Below are positions 26,772 to 26,984 of a stretch of 26,984 nucleotides of DNA, piece after piece. The notes under the pieces were generated by a model, which saw only the letters and a program-made list of their open reading frames with translations, made no database searches and was not told the DNA's origin. Source of the stretch: a virus (Duplodnaviria; Caudoviricetes); IMG/VR virus record IMGVR_UViG_3300032884_000301, positions 1 to 26,984 of that record; one strand, written 5' to 3'. The position numbers and the translations under genes are program-made. Position 1 is the stretch's first letter; every line of letters begins with the position of its first letter.

Positions 26772-26936
26772 ATGCGGCAACTATCTTGCATTGTTGTATT
26801 CTTAGCGTTGGGTTCGATGCTGGCGACTCAATTTTGTCGTGCGAACCCACCGACCAATAATGGCTCCTCGCTGAATTGTGTGGGTGAAAACAGACGCCTC
26901 CGGTCTCCTATAATCCCTCCGCCGCTCTTCTGCTGA
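26772..26936 (+). CDS. Short signal-peptide ORF (54 aa), possibly a truncated cargo gene
   Basis: GGGGGAG RBS and MRQLSCIVVFLALGSMLATQFCRA signal-like N-terminus, with an early stop. Below the ORF-track cutoff. Confidence 0.35.
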   Translation: MRQLSCIVVFLALGSMLATQFCRANPPTNNGSSLNCVGENRRLRSPIIPPPLFC

Positions 26937-26984
26937 CCCCAACGACAGTGCTAGATTGCAGGCTCGATCTAGGGCGTTTTGTGC

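Overview
The core of the window (about 5.8-21.5 kb) is an integrated, phage-derived, satellite-like element. It has a leftward operon (four small ORFs, two DUF2924-like genes, a large serine recombinase, a small HTH protein) and a regulatory pair (tandem Com-like zinc-ribbon protein, sigma-70-like factor). A rightward operon follows: AAA_24/Sak4-like ATPase, DUF669 SSB-like protein, ERCC4 nuclease, primase-helicase, ParB-methyltransferase, small and large terminase. No portal or capsid gene is visible. Both operons start from the same bipartite motif, TGTCCCC-N12-CGACCCCCTAT, probably the promoter of the element's own sigma factor. A 1.25-kb cassette carrying only a tyrosine recombinase, flanked by inverted copies of an 11-mer and by AAAT direct repeats, sits exactly between terS and terL. 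TerL is atypical: its Walker A lacks Lys and it has a second, degenerate nuclease domain. Downstream, three 5'-truncated terL tail relics alternate with lower-GC genes for secreted proteins with FlgD-Ig C-terminal domains, which looks like a cargo array that grew at the terL 3' end. The left flank holds three more secreted-protein genes and two phage-like remnants. The sorting signals suggest an FCB-group candidate-phylum host such as Krumholzibacteriota or Latescibacterota (inference). All family assignments are from motif recognition by eye, not database searches.
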